Shown piece after piece: positions 24,823-39,634 of a stretch of DNA of 64,000 nucleotides. Location of the stretch: the NCBI GenBank assembly GCA_028534125.1, contig CM052818.1, forward strand, positions 15,936,001 through 16,000,000. The letters are read 5' to 3'. How positions within the stretch are numbered: position 1 is the stretch's first letter; every line of letters begins with the position of its first letter. The position numbers and the translations under genes are program-made. This DNA is from Lama glama. Taxonomy: Eukaryota. The notes beneath the pieces are model-generated. The model saw only the letters and a list, made by a program, of their open reading frames with translations. It ran no database searches and was not told the origin of the DNA.

Positions 24823-27229
24823 TCATTTTAGAGAGTCCATAATATTCAAAATACTCATCCATTGCCCCTCTTCCCTCACCCAGATTCCCTGGGTGGTAAG
24901 TACTGAGATGTGCAGATGGACTCTCCTACATACACCAAGTTGCTCTGATTATTGGAAGATAAGTGATACAGTGTCAGGCCTCGAATGATAGAAGGATAGC
25001 TAATACAGAGTTCTAACAGATCAACTCTCTGAAGGAGCACTTACTTCTCACAAAGCTGAGTCAGCGATCAGCGAAAGAAATATAGAAGGCTTAAACTCAA
25101 AGATAAAGATTGGTCCTTAAGTAGTCCTTTGACAAGTCAAATGAGCAGATTTTTTTGTTTGTTTTGTTTTTTGCTTCTTAGCTTTATTTAGCCATAACCA
25201 TAAACTCTTTCTTATTCATAGAGATTCAGAAGTAAAGTATACTTATTATGAATAATAGGAATATTTACCTCAGTGAAACTCAAGTGGGACTAAGGGGGCA
25301 TGCAGTTTTAATAAGGGATGATTAACATTGATTTTAGGCCACAACACATTAGTATGGTTCCTTCCTTAACCATAGTCTTTATTTCCAAGGCATTGCAATA
25401 ATTCAGATGGCCCTAAACAGCAATTAATTCACTCATCAACTCACATACTAAGTCAGGCACATTGCTGATTGAATATAGAGATGAATGAAATAGGTTCTTC
25501 ACCCTTAGGAATTAATGGTCTAGTTATCAGGTAAATAAGCCACTGATAGAATGAGACCTGTTCCCCTATGCCCACGTCCTAGACATCAATTAGCATTCTC
25601 CCTGCTCAGAAACCTTATTCCATTTCTCTAGCTCAGCAATAAAGAAGTGACCAGAGATGCTACGAGTGTGAGACAGTAATCTCATTATGACAGAGCTTTC
25701 CCCTACTGAATACAGAATCTGAGCCATTATAACACTAATTTTTGGCATTTAATTCAATAGGTCTACATACCTTTCTGTTGACCTAAAAACACTGACTCTA
25801 GCACTACTGAATACCATTTGACCATATTCTGAAATCTGATTTATAACAAGCAGGTGTTTTAAAATGTCATAATCTGTAAACAAATATAAGAGATCAAATT
25901 CAACAAACTATTCTAGAATTGTTGGGTACCAATAAAGCAGAACAAAAAAGTTTTATAGGGGAAATGTGTTAAAAGTTAAACAGTTTTACAAGATACAGCA
26001 TGTCATTTCGAACAGAGGCAAATAATTCTGCCACGGGAAAAGAGATTGATTCTAACATGGCTGATTTTTTCAGAGTCCTAAATCTAGTGTCACTAAGTTA
26101 GCTCTCATTTAAAAAGGTAATAATATTTACTTGGCAGATGAAATTTTATCTCACAGTTTTAAAATGTTTTTTAATTGTGGTCATCTTCCATGCTAAGGTT
26201 TCCTTTTTACATCACATACATTTAATTTAATTTCATGCAAACTCTTGGTAAGTGAACTTATCTAAAGAAAATGCAGACTTTCTGATAGGGAAATGTCTTT
26301 ATAGCTTTGAAAGCCAAATACTTTGAAATAGTTCAGAAAAACAAGAGCAAAATGTATATTTATTAATTACTGTCTTCAGGATGGGCTAACTGGTAAATAC
26401 TGACCAAAAGTTAAACAAAATAAGGAATGAGAAACATAAAGGGGTCAAGTAAACAGCAGCTATCAAATGCTGGTGACCTAAGTAGTCAATTTTAATTTTA
26501 TTTGTGTCTTCTTCTTTTGTTTTCCCTGGAAAAAATACACAATAACACTGAAATTGTCCAAATTTGGATAATGAACTAAAGCATGTTTGTATACATTACA
26601 CAATACATATGTAGGCAAGAGAGAATTACATAGTATGTCAATATATGTATGGATCCCACTGCCTTTTCTTTCTGGTACTTACTTCTAAATTTGAATTTCT
26701 GAAGATGGAGAACCATGTCGCGTAAAAGATAAAATTATATAGCCAGTGTTTCCTTTACTATCATGTTTTTTACAAAGTTAATACAGTATTCACACAAGAT
26801 GGACTTAATGGCAAAATACCTTTGGGATATGTTGAATTAAAGAGAACTAAAGATTTGGGTAGCTACTCCCTAGATTTTTAAAGATTACATGCACGAGAGA
26901 TAGCATAGATGATGTATATGCAATTAAAGTTAGACAGGCATGTGATTCGCTTTTTTGAGTGTTAACAATGTATTATCGATAGCTTTTCAGATCCATACAT
27001 TAAAATTCTAGCTCATTTATTCTTACTGGCAGCCTGGTATTTCTTAGGATATGTGAACCATCAATGATTCAACTTTTATATCAATGGATTGTTTCTGAAG
27101 CTTGCTATTACAAAGTAGCTAAGAAAATGCATTATGAATAGCTCTGTATAACCTTCTCTTCTTTAAATAGGATAGAGTCCCAGCAGTGGATTTGCATATT
27201 TGGATGCTATCCATGCATATGTGCTTTCT

Positions 27230-28090
27230 TTCATTGAATAAATATTTATTGACTGCCTAGTATGTGTAGGTGTTGAAGATACAGTGATTAAAAAAAAAGT
27301 GTTCTCTTGGAATTTACCTACTATTAGGGGAGACAGTCAATACAGATATATGCAAATAAATACAGAATATAATGGCAGGTGGAAGTAAGTACTGTGAAAA
27401 TTTTTAACAGAAAAGCAAATAAAGCACATAGATAATGACAGGGTGTGGGGTTGCTATTTTAGATACTATGGTAGGGAAAGTCTGAGGAAATAATATTCAG
27501 GCAGAATCCTGTGTGACTTGTAGCAGACAGCCATGCCATGAATAGAGGCAGAGGATTCCAGACAAAAGTAACAGTTAGTGTAAAAACCAGAGGACACTGG
27601 TTTGAGGCACAGCAAAAAGGTTGGTGAGGTTGGACTGTAGTGAGGAAGTGGAAGGAAGAGTGGTTAAGAGATGAACTCAGAGAATTACAAAGGGCTAGAT
27701 CATGTAAGATGCTGTGTTCCATGGCAAAGGCAACTAGGTCTTACAGTAAAGTGTGAAAGGAAGAAGTAAGAGAGTTTTAAAGGTAAGTTAGTTTAAAAAA
27801 TAAAAAAATAATGAAAAAAAATAAAGGTAAGTTAGGGGCAGGATCTGTGGGAAGGGGTCAGGGAGGTGACATGATCTAATTTGGTTGCTCTGAGAGAATA
27901 TACCACAGGGAGAGAGGCTGAATGTAGGGGATGCTTAGGAGGCTACTGCATTAGATCTAGCTAGAGATTATGATATGCTGGACTAGGATTAGGTATTAGT
28001 AAGTACTGGTGGACTCGAGATATATTTCAAAGGTTGAGTAGACAGGTTTTTCTTATGAATTGAGTAGAGAATGTGGAAGTGAGGTAGATA
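27230..28090 (-). mobile_element. L2 LINE
   Basis: ttcattgaataaatatttattgactgcctagtatgtg start followed by a purine-rich L2 body. Confidence 0.8.
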
Positions 28091-28139
28091 ACTTTAAATT
28101 ATAAATATTTTAAATTTGAATAAATAATGCCTAACTATT

Positions 28140-28620
28140 TAACAAAAATTTTATTTCTCCACTAATAGTGGATAAAATAATTAATTTAACTTTACCTCTA
28201 CTAGTTCCAGATTTATCAACATTCCTAACTTTTGCCAATCTAGCGAGGAAAGAATTATCATTTTAAAATTAGTATTTTCATGAATATTGGAGAGATTGGA
28301 CACATTTTATGTGGTTATTGGCAGCTGCTATTTCTAAACTGCCTGAAGCTTTTTTGGCCTATTTTAGGAGCTATTTACTGATGTCATTAACTTACAGAAA
28401 ATAAATATATTATTGATATCAACCTCTTCTCTTAAAAATTTGTATTATCTCATTCTCATTTGATTGAAACTTTAGTGTCTCTTAAAATAAACAAATTTTA
28501 AGTTTCTGTATGACAAAAAACATTTTCTTTCTCATTTTATAAGTTCTGGGGTTTTTTTTGTTTGTTTGTTTTTGTTTCTTGTTTTGCTTTATTAAGGAGA
28601 CCTTACCATAGTACAGATTA
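28140..28620 (-). mobile_element. Old L1ME-like fragment
   Basis: Degraded antisense ORF2 C-terminal tracts (ttttgccaatctag...ttggacacatttt). Confidence 0.55.
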
Positions 28621-28664
28621 TTATCTAAAAATCCTGTTCTTTTTAAGGACACACATGATAAATT

Positions 28665-30312
28665 TCATAAAGAACCACAAAAGATTCCCAAATAGCCAAA
28701 GCAATCTTGAGAAAGAAGAATAAAGCTGGAGGCATTACACCTCCTGATTTCAAATTGTATTACAAAACTAGAATAATCAAAATATATGGTATGTCATAAA
28801 AACAGGCACACAGACCAATGGAATAGGACAGATTTTCTAATAATAAACCCATGTGTTTGTAGTCTACATTTTAACAAGGATGCCAAGAACACAATGTGGA
28901 TAGGATAATCTCTTCAATAAATGGTGTTGGGAAAATTGGATATTCATATGCAAAAGAATGAAAATTGGATTGCTATCTATAAAATACAGAAAAATTAACT
29001 TGAAATGGATTGAAGATTTATATGTTAAGATCAGGAACCATGAAACTACTAGAAGAAAACACAAGAAAAAAGCTCTTTAACATTGGTCTTGGTAATAGTA
29101 ATTTTTTTAGACATGATACTAAAAGCACAAGGCAACAAAAGCAAATAGTAAACAAGAGGGCCCACTTCAAACTGAAAAGTTTCTGCACAGCAAAGGAACC
29201 AATCAACGAAATTAAAAGGCAACCTACAGAAAGGGAGAATATATTTGCAAAATGTATATCTGATAGGGGGTTAACATCTAAAATATGTAAAGAACTCATA
29301 CAACTCAATAGTAAATAAACAATCCAAGCAAAAAATGAACAAAGAACCTGAATGGAAAATTTTCCAAAGATGATATACAAATGGCCAACAGTTACATAAA
29401 AAGATGCTCAACATCACTAATGATTAGGGAAATGCAAATCAAAACTACAAAGTGACGTCACCCACACGTGTTTAAATGCCTATTATCAAAAAGACAAAAG
29501 ATAGTAAGCATTGGTGAGGATGGAGAAAAGGCAACCATTTTACACCACTGGTAGGAATGTACACTGGTACACCTACTATGGAAAAAAGTAAAGAGTTTCC
29601 TTAAAAATTTAAAAATAGAACTACCATACGATCCAGCAATTTCACTTCTGTGTATAGATCAAAGGAAACAAAATAAGTATCTTGAAGAGATATCTGCACT
29701 CTCATATTGCAGGCTGCAGCACTATTCATAAGTGCCAAGATTTGGAAATAATGTGTCTGTTGATGGCTGCATGGATAAAGAAAATGTGGTATATACATAA
29801 AACAAGAAGTGACTCAAGCCATAAAAAAGAAGGAAATGTTGCCAGTTGTGACAACATGGATGAACCTAGAGGTCATTGTGCAAAGTGAAATAAGTCAGAC
29901 AGGGAAGGACAAATACCATATGGCATCACTTTTATGTAGAATCTAAAAAAAAAAAAAAAAGAATTCACAAAAACAGAGAATAAAATGGACTGGAGGGTGG
30001 GGAAAATGGAGAGATGTTGGTTAAAAGGTTAAAAAGTGTTAGTTATACAATGAATAAGTCCTGAGGATCCAATGTACATCGTGGTGACTATAGTTAATAA
30101 TACTATATTGTATACTTAAAATTTGCTAACAGAGTAGATCTAAGCTTTCTTACCAATAAATAAATTAACAAATAAATAAAAGATAACTATATGAGGTGAT
30201 AAATGTATTAATTAATTAGATTGTGGTAATCATTTCACAATGTATAGGTATATCAAATCACCACATCTTACTTTTTATATCTATATAGTTTTGTCAACTA
30301 TACCTCAATAAT
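28665..30312 (+). mobile_element. L1MA9-like 5'-truncated LINE
   Basis: ORF2-like translations (ORFs 29010-29318, 29682-29888); L1MA-type 3'UTR gtggtgactatagttaataatactatattgtatactt. Confidence 0.9.
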
Positions 30313-31412
30313 ATCAATCAATCACCAGAGAACACAGAACATTCCATAGGTGGTTAGCAAAGAGTTAACAAAATAGAAGGATGATGCTAAAAAAGAGAGG
30401 GCACTTCAGAGCAGATGAGAGGGTGCTAGAGAATTCCTTTCTCAGGCTGTTGGTTATTATCAAGAATTATATTTCTAGGCTTCTTCAGTGGAGCCCAGTT
30501 TTGACAAGAAGTCATTAAGTGCCCTTATGCAGCAGTCATTATATGGGGATATAGGTGACAAAGGCAGAGGCAAGTCAGACTTATGATTTCAAACAGAAGG
30601 AGAGTCAGTGCAGATGGCAACGAGAGAGAAAAATCTCCAGCTTCAGCAGCCTCTACAGCTGCGGAGATATTCTGAGACTGAATCAGGCCCTAAGTAATTA
30701 TCTTGGCATTCTGTGGTAGTCACTTAATAATTAAACAACCAACATTGTCTGTGTAATTAAAAAGTAGTTACATGATATCTCTGCCCATACTTTAGTAACT
30801 AAAATTAGTGTGTCATGCAGTTGTTTGTCATGTAACCATATTATTTTCAATATACATTATCTTATCTTCATTTTGCAAATTATTTTTTCTTTATAATTTT
30901 TTTGACATTTAATATCAGTAGGAAATCAAGAGATCTTGATATCATTCAGCCCTGATTCCCATTCTCCAATCTCTAGCTCTGCTCTATTTTATCCTTGAAG
31001 AGATAGTCCCAGGGGATGAGTCACTTGTATGAGTTCTTAGGTAAGTTGTGCTTCTGTAAGTAGCATTACAATCTCAGGTCCTCATTCCCCTTCAAGGAGA
31101 AGCTAAGTGATCAGTGAACTACAACTAGGTAATTTAACAATTCTGCAATAAATAATACTATTCTGCTTTCTGTAATATAAAGTTAGGTGACATGTAGAAT
31201 GAATACATAAAAATGGGCAATGAATAATCTGATGGATGAATAGACAGATACAGATAAAGCCATACATAGTAACAGTACCAGCATTTATGTACACCAAACT
31301 GTTGAGACTCTAAATTCATAAAGTTAATAAAAACATTTTCCCTATTCAGAGAGAATATTCCTATTAAGCTTTTAACCAATTTAAATCACATTTAAAACCT
31401 TAATTTCCTTAC

Positions 31413-31456
31413 CTTCAGCAAAGATGCTGAGTGTGCTTCTTTTGTTTCAGAAAGCC
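31413..31456 (-). CDS. Candidate micro-exon (44 nt, phase 1 to 0): LSETKEAHSASLLK
   Basis: Acceptor ttttgaaatag| and donor AAG|GTAAGG; one open frame, phase-compatible with 40774-40959. Confidence 0.3.
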
Positions 31457-31974
31457 CTATTTCAAAATATCATTTACTTTATTAAATAAATGCCTTCTAT
31501 CAGAACACTGGCACATTTCTAAATGAAGTTTTTTTTTTTAAAAAAAAGCAATGCTGTCTACATGAAATGAAACTATTTAAGCCAAACCATCTCTCTTTAT
31601 ACATAAGAAAACAAATCCTATGTATTATGATCTAACCAATTAGAGCAAGATACAGAACACCAGCTAACCACTCATCCTCACAGCAACTGCCTTTCCTAAA
31701 TAATTGGTGACTATAAAAATAAACTAAATACAACTGCATAAACAGAACTTTCAAATTCCAAGAGGGGGAAATCTAAGTGTTCAGGATACTTCATATCACT
31801 TTTCTTGTCAAAATTAACAGCAGTATCTTGATACTCTGTGAAATAAATGATCTCACATTTTGACTTCTAATACCATTTTTATTTAATGAAACCAGTTATA
31901 ATAACTAGCTCAGTTCAGTAACTTTGGAAGTTTCTTCATATTGCTACAGTTAAAATAAAATAAATATCCTTGAA

Positions 31975-32135
31975 TCTTGCTGTACAAAATGTGGTCCATA
32001 GACCAACATCATGGATATCACCTGGGAGCTTGTTAGGATATCTCAGGCTTCAATCCAGATTCAGAGATTTCAAATATGCATTTTAATAAGATCCCCAGGT
32101 GATTTGTATGTACTTTAAAGTTTGGGAAGCAACAT
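31975..32135. mobile_element. MER5A (hAT-Charlie MITE)
   Basis: atcacctgggagcttgttag...tgcattttaataagatccccaggtgatttgtatgtactttaaagtttgggaagc. Confidence 0.85.
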
Positions 32136-34069
32136 CTTAGGAAACATGGATAAATACATATTCTGCTCCTTTCTGTCAATTTCCTCTAATTCAAATCTCT
32201 GATAGGTCTCCATTTCCACTCCTGCAGCTGCTAGTTATTCACATCAACTTCCTGTTTACAAAGTCTATTTACTTTCATAATTCTGCTTTCTTTCGGTTGA
32301 CTGTCTGGGTTCACAGACCAATTATCCTATCCATCCTCTGACTGTATAACCAATCTGTACTTTCATGCCTTGTTGGTTTCCCTTGGTTTACCTACCCCAT
32401 CCTCTGACTCTCCATGGTTTCCCCACTCCCAGCACACACATATGTACTTAATTTGATTTACCTTCTTGGTCTACACAAGATAATACTTTTCATTATGTTC
32501 AAATATATTGAAGTGTTCACTTCATAATTAGAAAAAGAGAAAAACATGTGAGAGATTTTTAAAAATTGTTTTCATATACACCCAATACTTTGAAGAAAAA
32601 TTGAGGATTCCTTGCCATACCAAAGATTTTGCCACTTTAGAAACACAAATACAAATATATTATCTTTAAAGAACAGATGAAAAATAATGTTTAAAACAAA
32701 AAAGAACAATCACAGAATTTAATAGTGATTTTGTTAAAGTCAATGTTGACTGGTCAGGCATGCTTTGTGCTTCTGTCTCTGGCATTTGAAAACTTGACAT
32801 GTCAGTGTTCTCTGGAGTGAAGCCAAAGTCCATATTGACTCCAAGCTATTTATCAACAACTACTAGTAAAGTCACATTTAACTTGTTTGATGAAGAGAAA
32901 AAAGTTTATATTGATTTATACATTGTTTTTATTTCAGTTTCAGAATTAAAATTTTTCTTGATCAAATGGAGACACATATATGTATAAAACTTATCACTTT
33001 TATTTTAGATATGGCAAAATACAAGTATAAGATGAGGTACCTATATATCAGTAGATTTCTGCACTGTATTTATCACTCTTATGAATCTGTCAGTTACTTG
33101 TATTGATGCTTCAATTTTTTTCCGCTTTATTCTGTCTGTCTAAATCCTGCTAATAAATTGTATTTAAGACTCGTTTATCAAGAAAAATAAACCATACATC
33201 AAGTTCTTGTGTATGTAGATGAAACCATACGCTGATAGTCAGGAAATCTAAATTCTAGTTCAAATCCTGAGCTCTGGCAAATATGCTATCATTTCTGATC
33301 ATCAATTTCCTAATTGCTAAATTGAAGGGTTTATATAAACATTCTATAAAGTCTTCTCTGTGGAAAACTTTTGGTTTTCTACTGTAGCTAAGATAGTCAA
33401 CCTTTTTAGTTGGAGAGAAACTATTTTTAAAGCACTTTTTCTGTATGTCTGAAAACTCTTCCTTTTTGGCAATATTTCCTTGCTTCACTTAGTTTATTGC
33501 TCTGAATTTCTGGGCATATAGCCGACTTTGATTTTATTTTTGTTTATGTTCATCATCTCTATTTCTATTTTTGAGACCAAGGCTTCATAAATATATTATT
33601 ACACGCTGTAAAATTGGATAATACTACTATCAAATTGATTTTCTATATTTGCACATTCCTTGAGAACCTCGAGTATTTACTGCAATTAGTCTAATTCTTC
33701 AAATGTGAGCTGTCACCTCCTCCCTTGCCTGAAGCCCAGCAGCAGGAAGTACAAATCACACTCAACAGCTTGACACCAAGAGGAGGAAACAAGTACCTCT
33801 GCACAGAATTTACACATCTGACAATGTGTACAGAAATGGAAAAAGACAGCTTTTATTTTAGAGAATCTTGGCACTCTTTCTAATAATTAGGACAGCAAAA
33901 AATCAGCATCTATTTTACTGGTAGAAAGGGATTTCAGAGATGCACTTGACTGGCTCGTCTTTATGGCCACTACACTTAGTACAGTGGCTGGTGTAGATTA
34001 GGTGCTCAGTAATTCTTTGCTGAGCAAATGGATCAATGTTATTTTGAATAAATGTGTACTGTTAAAAAT

Positions 34070-36070
34070 GAAAAACAACTCCCTGTAAGGCATTTGGAAG
34101 TCATCACTCCCATTCTTAGAACCACAAAAAAGAAAAAGTTGGACAAACTAAAATTCAGTGCATTTTATTGTATTCATCAGAGAACTGAAGTTATAGGGCA
34201 AATACATCTTGACATCTGTTGGGACAGAAGAACCCAGAGAGTCACAGCTGAGATCTGCTTACCCACAGTGGAAACCTCTGGAGCCATAGACAGGGAGGAA
34301 TGCTTAATTGGCAATTTTGACAAATTGCTAGAGGGTGAGTGTGGATTAATATAAGAGCGAGAAACTCCCGGGGGCTGCAGTCTTAGAGGAACACCACATT
34401 TTTGCCAGGAGTCTCACCAGTTTCTTACTGTGAATATATGAAGAAGATTCCCTCATGACTCTGGCAGAGGAGGGGGGAGAGTAATCTTTGTGAAATATGC
34501 TAAGAACTTTATTTGTAGCAAAGGGCTACTCTCCAAGGGGAAAGACTTTCCCAGAGCCTTGTCCCAGAGCTATGGTGGGGGGGGGTAGGAGGGCATTCTT
34601 CCCTCCCTAGTTTCCTCTAGACTTCCTGTCTTATTGAATGGGCAAGGGGCTGAGAAGTTATAAAAGAAGAAACACTTGTAAAAGTCTCAGGCCAGAGGCA
34701 GAGGCCCACTAAAAGAGATATTAAATTGGGACATGACAGAATAGTTCCTATTCCCCATACCTTACCATCATACCAGAAGGTCTCTAGTGTAATAGTAATG
34801 CATCACTATTGAAACAACTGCATGACACAGATTCTCTTTGAGGAGGAATACAAAGTCCAAAGTCAAGAGGAGAGACAAAGAGGAGAACACTAGAGGCCTC
34901 TGACACCTGTAGATACAGCAAACACTGAATAAAGTCCAACCTCCAGCCAGATCACCACACATCCTCATCATTAGGGACCTGTTCACCTCAGATCCTACCA
35001 CCTGATGAAATATGTCTAGCTTTCAACAAAAAATTACTAGGTACAACAAAAGGTAAGGAAAAAACCACACCCCACACACAGTCTGAGCAGATAAATATCA
35101 GAACTAGAGTCAGACAGGACATACATGTAGAATTCTCAGACAGGATGTTTAAAATGACTATGATTTTTATAAGTAATCTAAAGAAAAAGTAGACAATATT
35201 CAAGAAAAGTTGGGTGATATAAACAGAAGGATGGAAACTCTAAAAGAATCAAAGAGAAAAGCTAGAAATTTTTTTAAAAAGCTATAACAGAATGCTTTTA
35301 TTTCATGGGCTCTTGGTGGACTGAACACAGTTGAGGAAAGAATCAGTGAGCATAAAAACAGGTCAATAGAAACTTTCCAAACAGTAAAAATGAATGAAAA
35401 AAAAAAAAGGACCAAAACACAGCAGGTCATCCAAGAATAGTGGGACAATTTTAAAAATATGCAATGCATGCATATCTAGAATGCTAAAAGAGAAAAAAAA
35501 GAAAGGAACAGAATATTTGAAGTGATTACAAGTATTAATGAAGTATAATGGCTAAAAGAAAAAAATAATGGTCAAAAACCTTCCAAGTTAATGACAGGCA
35601 CCAAACCACAAATTCAGGAAACTTGAAAACACTGGGCAGAATAAACAGCAAGAAGCTGCACCAAGACACATCATATTCAAATAGCAGGAAACCGAAAGCA
35701 AAGAGAAGATCTTAAGAGAAGCCAGAGGAAGAAGTCTCGTTACCTACTGAGGAACAAGAATAGGATTTCAAGAGGACTTCTCCTCAGAAAACATGCAACC
35801 AAGAAGAGATGGAGTGTAGTGTTTAAAAGGAAATATCTAAAGAAAAACCTCACCAATGTGGACTATAATATTCAGTGAAATTATCCTTTAAAAGTGAATG
35901 AGAAAGATTTTCTTTGACAAATAAAAATTAAGGGAACTTACTGCTAGCTGATCTGCCCTGCAAGAAATGTTACAAGATTTTCTTCAGGCAGTAGGAAAAT
36001 TATATTGGTTATAATGTGGAACTACTTTTTTTTCTTAAGGAAGAATATTGAAGAAGGAATAAACAAAGCC
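34070..36070 (+). mobile_element. Old L1 5'UTR and ORF1 remnant
   Basis: ORF1-like tracts (gacacatcatattcaaatagcagg, gacttctcctcagaaaacatgcaaccaagaag, gtgaaattatcctttaaaagtgaa). Confidence 0.8.
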
Positions 36071-36946
36071 ACAGAACAACTACTGTGTGAAGATAATTTT
36101 CCTGATTAAATGCCACAAAATATTGTTCAATTCCATGTTCAAAAAACTCAATAGTACACTTTGGAATTACAACCATTTCTGTTAGGATTCAGTGATCTAG
36201 AATACATAAAGAGCTTCAAATAGGGCCTGAACTTGATTATACATACAACATAATTTCCCCAATTTCTTAATTAAAGAAGTGTTAGAAATCCTTCTTGACA
36301 GTAACACATTGCTGAGGTAAAATAAAGGAGATATATACAACTATGCCAGAAAAAAAAATTGGAATAAGACTCAGTAACATTGCTGATAATAAGAGAAAAC
36401 ATAGTCTGAGATTTATAATTGTCTTCAAACACTAACCAAAATAATTTAGAAAAGGTATCTTCCCCATTTGTAATAAGATAATAAAAAAGGCAAAGGACCT
36501 TGAGTTACTTCAGTTAAACTAGAAAGCAGATAGCCTTAATTCATGAGATGTAATGAGTAACATGAAAAGCTTATTTCATACCTCCAATAGACAATTTAAA
36601 ATACATGTCTATATTACTGATGAGTTATGAGCATAGGAATAAAGGATCTGAATGAAAATAGCTTTCTTTTCTTTCAACTACACTAATCCTTTAAAAGAAA
36701 CTAAAATACTTAAGTCAGCAGACAATAAATACAAAAGTAAGATTTGAGATTCATGTACTTATCATATCCCCCAGCCCTCTTCTCCAAAAATATTCATAAA
36801 TAATAAATACAATTTGAAATATTCTGCACATTTTTCACAGAGACTCTTTCCTCTTTTAGATTATTAGAAACATAATTCCATCAGTAGCCCTAAGTGAACA
36901 CTTAATGTGGACAGAATACTTTGTCCAGGCTAAAGAATGATATCAC

Positions 36947-36977
<31 letters not shown>

Positions 36978-37025
36978 CAGAGAGACAGAGAGAGACAGAG
37001 ACAGAGACAGAGAGACAGAGAGAGA
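36947..37025 (+). repeat. (GA)n/(GAGACA)n compound microsatellite
   Basis: Direct reading. Confidence 0.95.
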
Positions 37026-39242
37026 TCCTTATCTTCATGATCCAGGTAAGGAGTATTCTCTGAGGGCTTGTAAACATGACATCAGTAAAGAAAGATTACC
37101 AAAGCAATTAATAAGAAAGCAAAGCATGATGCAGTGGAAGTGAAAAGCAAAGTATACAAATAGAGATCTATAATAATAGGTTTATCTGGGAAGGCTTCTT
37201 GCACGATCTAAGTTTTGAAGCATATTTTTAAAATCATTATAACCTCTTTCAAACAGTTCTGAATAATTCTTTTATTTTAGGAAAAAGTATACTTCAGTCA
37301 CATTAATTTCAGTCATCTTCCAAGACTATAAAATACAATAATGAAATTATTCATGAGGGTCTAACTTTTGGTACATGTTCATACTACTAACAGAAGGACT
37401 ATTCTATAAGCCAATCTCCAATATTTGAAGACAGATTTTAAAATCTTGCCCTATATCTGGGCTGCTTACATGAAATGAGATAAGAAAAAAAAAAGCTATG
37501 AAATTTTTATGTGAGATTATGAGGCCTTAACTCAACTCTGCTTCATTCAAAACAATAGAACTATGGAGGGAATTTCAATAATGTAGTAAAATTGAAATAA
37601 AATTTATCTTAAAAAAAAGGAAAACCTACAAATTATAAAATGTAACAGGTGAATTCAAATCAATTAGTGTTGCAAAGTGTTTCAACAGGTAGGCAATAGA
37701 AATTAAAAATGTATCTATTAAATGAAAAATAGATATATATAAAGACATAGATACAAATATTCAATCTGTTGAAGTAGCAAGGATACCGAAAGAATGACTG
37801 GCTCTGAAATATAAAGTATGTTATTTCAAATGGAAAAGTCTAAGGAACTGAACCAGAGAACCAATCACAGCCTCTATTTAGGATTAGGCCTGGGGGTAGG
37901 AGTAGAGGACAGGGAGGCAGGAACTAGAGCCAAAGCCATACAAACAGGATGTTACTGTTGGTAGGGTAGCAGAGTTATAAACTGCTAATTCGTGTGGAGA
38001 TCCACAGACAAGAAAATACAGCCACTAGATTTAAGATGGGTCAGGGATCATAAATAAAGGCTCCACTGATGAAGGAGCACTGTTAAGTACTCCTGGTTGT
38101 ATGAGACAAGAGGAAGCCACACAGGTCAAACCATCTGTATGCAGGGGATGTGGTTGAGGTCTGCTACTCATGGGCTGCCCAAACTGAGACCACAGTGAAC
38201 TCCAACAGTAGTCCTCAGCAGGACGTCTGGGAATACTGATGATTCAAATTTTTCCCCAGATTGAGGAAATAATAAAAACTGTTTCCTCTCTTTAGAAAGC
38301 AACCTTAAAATGAAATGCTTGAGAAAGGATGTTCAGGCAAATGAGTTACATTTCCTGAAAAACTACAAAATCCTCTTCCAATCCTTCTTTTTTTGATTCT
38401 TCCCTTACTCTAAACACTCTTCTTCTAATTGATTTTTTTTAATTTTGCAATCTTCTCAGGAGTGCAATGTGAAAATGATGTGAAACAGAAGAAGTATTTG
38501 GCTTTCTATGACTTGGATTTGTTAACATAAAAATAACACCATGTCTTGCTTTTGCTGGACCAGAGTAACACCAACACTGCATTCACTGGCATAGGAAAGT
38601 ACTTTTATTCCTTATGGAACAATTGAAATGTTAGTATTAATTTATTTAAGCTGACTTACTTTGAAAAAAGGGTGCTAGGATACTGTGTCAGTTGGCATAA
38701 ATTGCACAAAAAATTAGCTATCTATTGTTTCTCTATCCTGTTATAGACTGATCGTAACATGCTACAATATGCAACAATGTGGGAAGGGGCAGTAGAAAGG
38801 TTCTAATATGTGACCTGTATAAATGATAAAATATTTCTCTAAAGTAGTAATTTTGCATGAGAATAGTTAAATAAAATGCAGGTCTTCTGCATGTTGTATA
38901 TTTGCCTCCTCACTATGTCCTCCAAAGCTGAGATAACACCACTCAATTCTCACTTTATTTCTTAAGATTTTTAACTTGAGTGATCCCGATCTCTACTCTG
39001 GACGTCAGTTTATGAGTTACCAGAAAGACAACCCTTCTAGCAACATTTTCCAAAGGCTATAATTACAAATATAGCATAAGACTTTCAACACTTTAAACAT
39101 TGTTGCTTTTAGAAAGTAATTGGTTTTTCTTTTTTCTTTTTTTCCTCTCCTCCCAATGCTCAATGCAATCTATACTGCCTGGAAGCCAGACTTTAAATGA
39201 AGCAGATGCTCCAAGTTTAAACTCTGCGCTGATGGCAAAGTT

Positions 39243-39255
39243 GTTTCCTAGCAAC
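39243..39255. promoter_or_regulatory. RFX X-box motif GTTTCCTAGCAAC
   Basis: Matches the RFX consensus; a CRE-like GACGTCA (39001-39007) and a half X-box (39037-39044) lie nearby. Confidence 0.4.
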
Positions 39256-39634
39256 ATAAAGTTATGAAAAGTTCAAGAGCACCACTTCGCTCAATATGGT
39301 TTCTCCCATTTAGTTTCATGTACTCAGTGGGTTGTTATAAAGAATTGAGTATCAAGTCAAAACCAACTTGATCCTGCATTAATAAGAATGAAAAACCACT
39401 CCATTGACTTTGAACTAGAGACATTTTCAAACTCTGGGCAGACAAATCAGGCTTCACACAGTATTTTAAAAGAAGGTTTTCCAGAATGAAATTTGGAAAG
39501 GGCTGTATAGAAAGGTGACACATTTAGGCCATAAATGCGTCTAAACAGATACTTTATTTTAAAACATCTGGACTTTTTGAAGAACTGGCTAACTCAGCTC
39601 AGGCAGGTGAAGTGTTTAACTGGAATGCTCTATT

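Noticed and set aside
36937..37143. R/E/D-rich ORF
   Set aside because: Translation of the (GA)n/(GAGACA)n microsatellite
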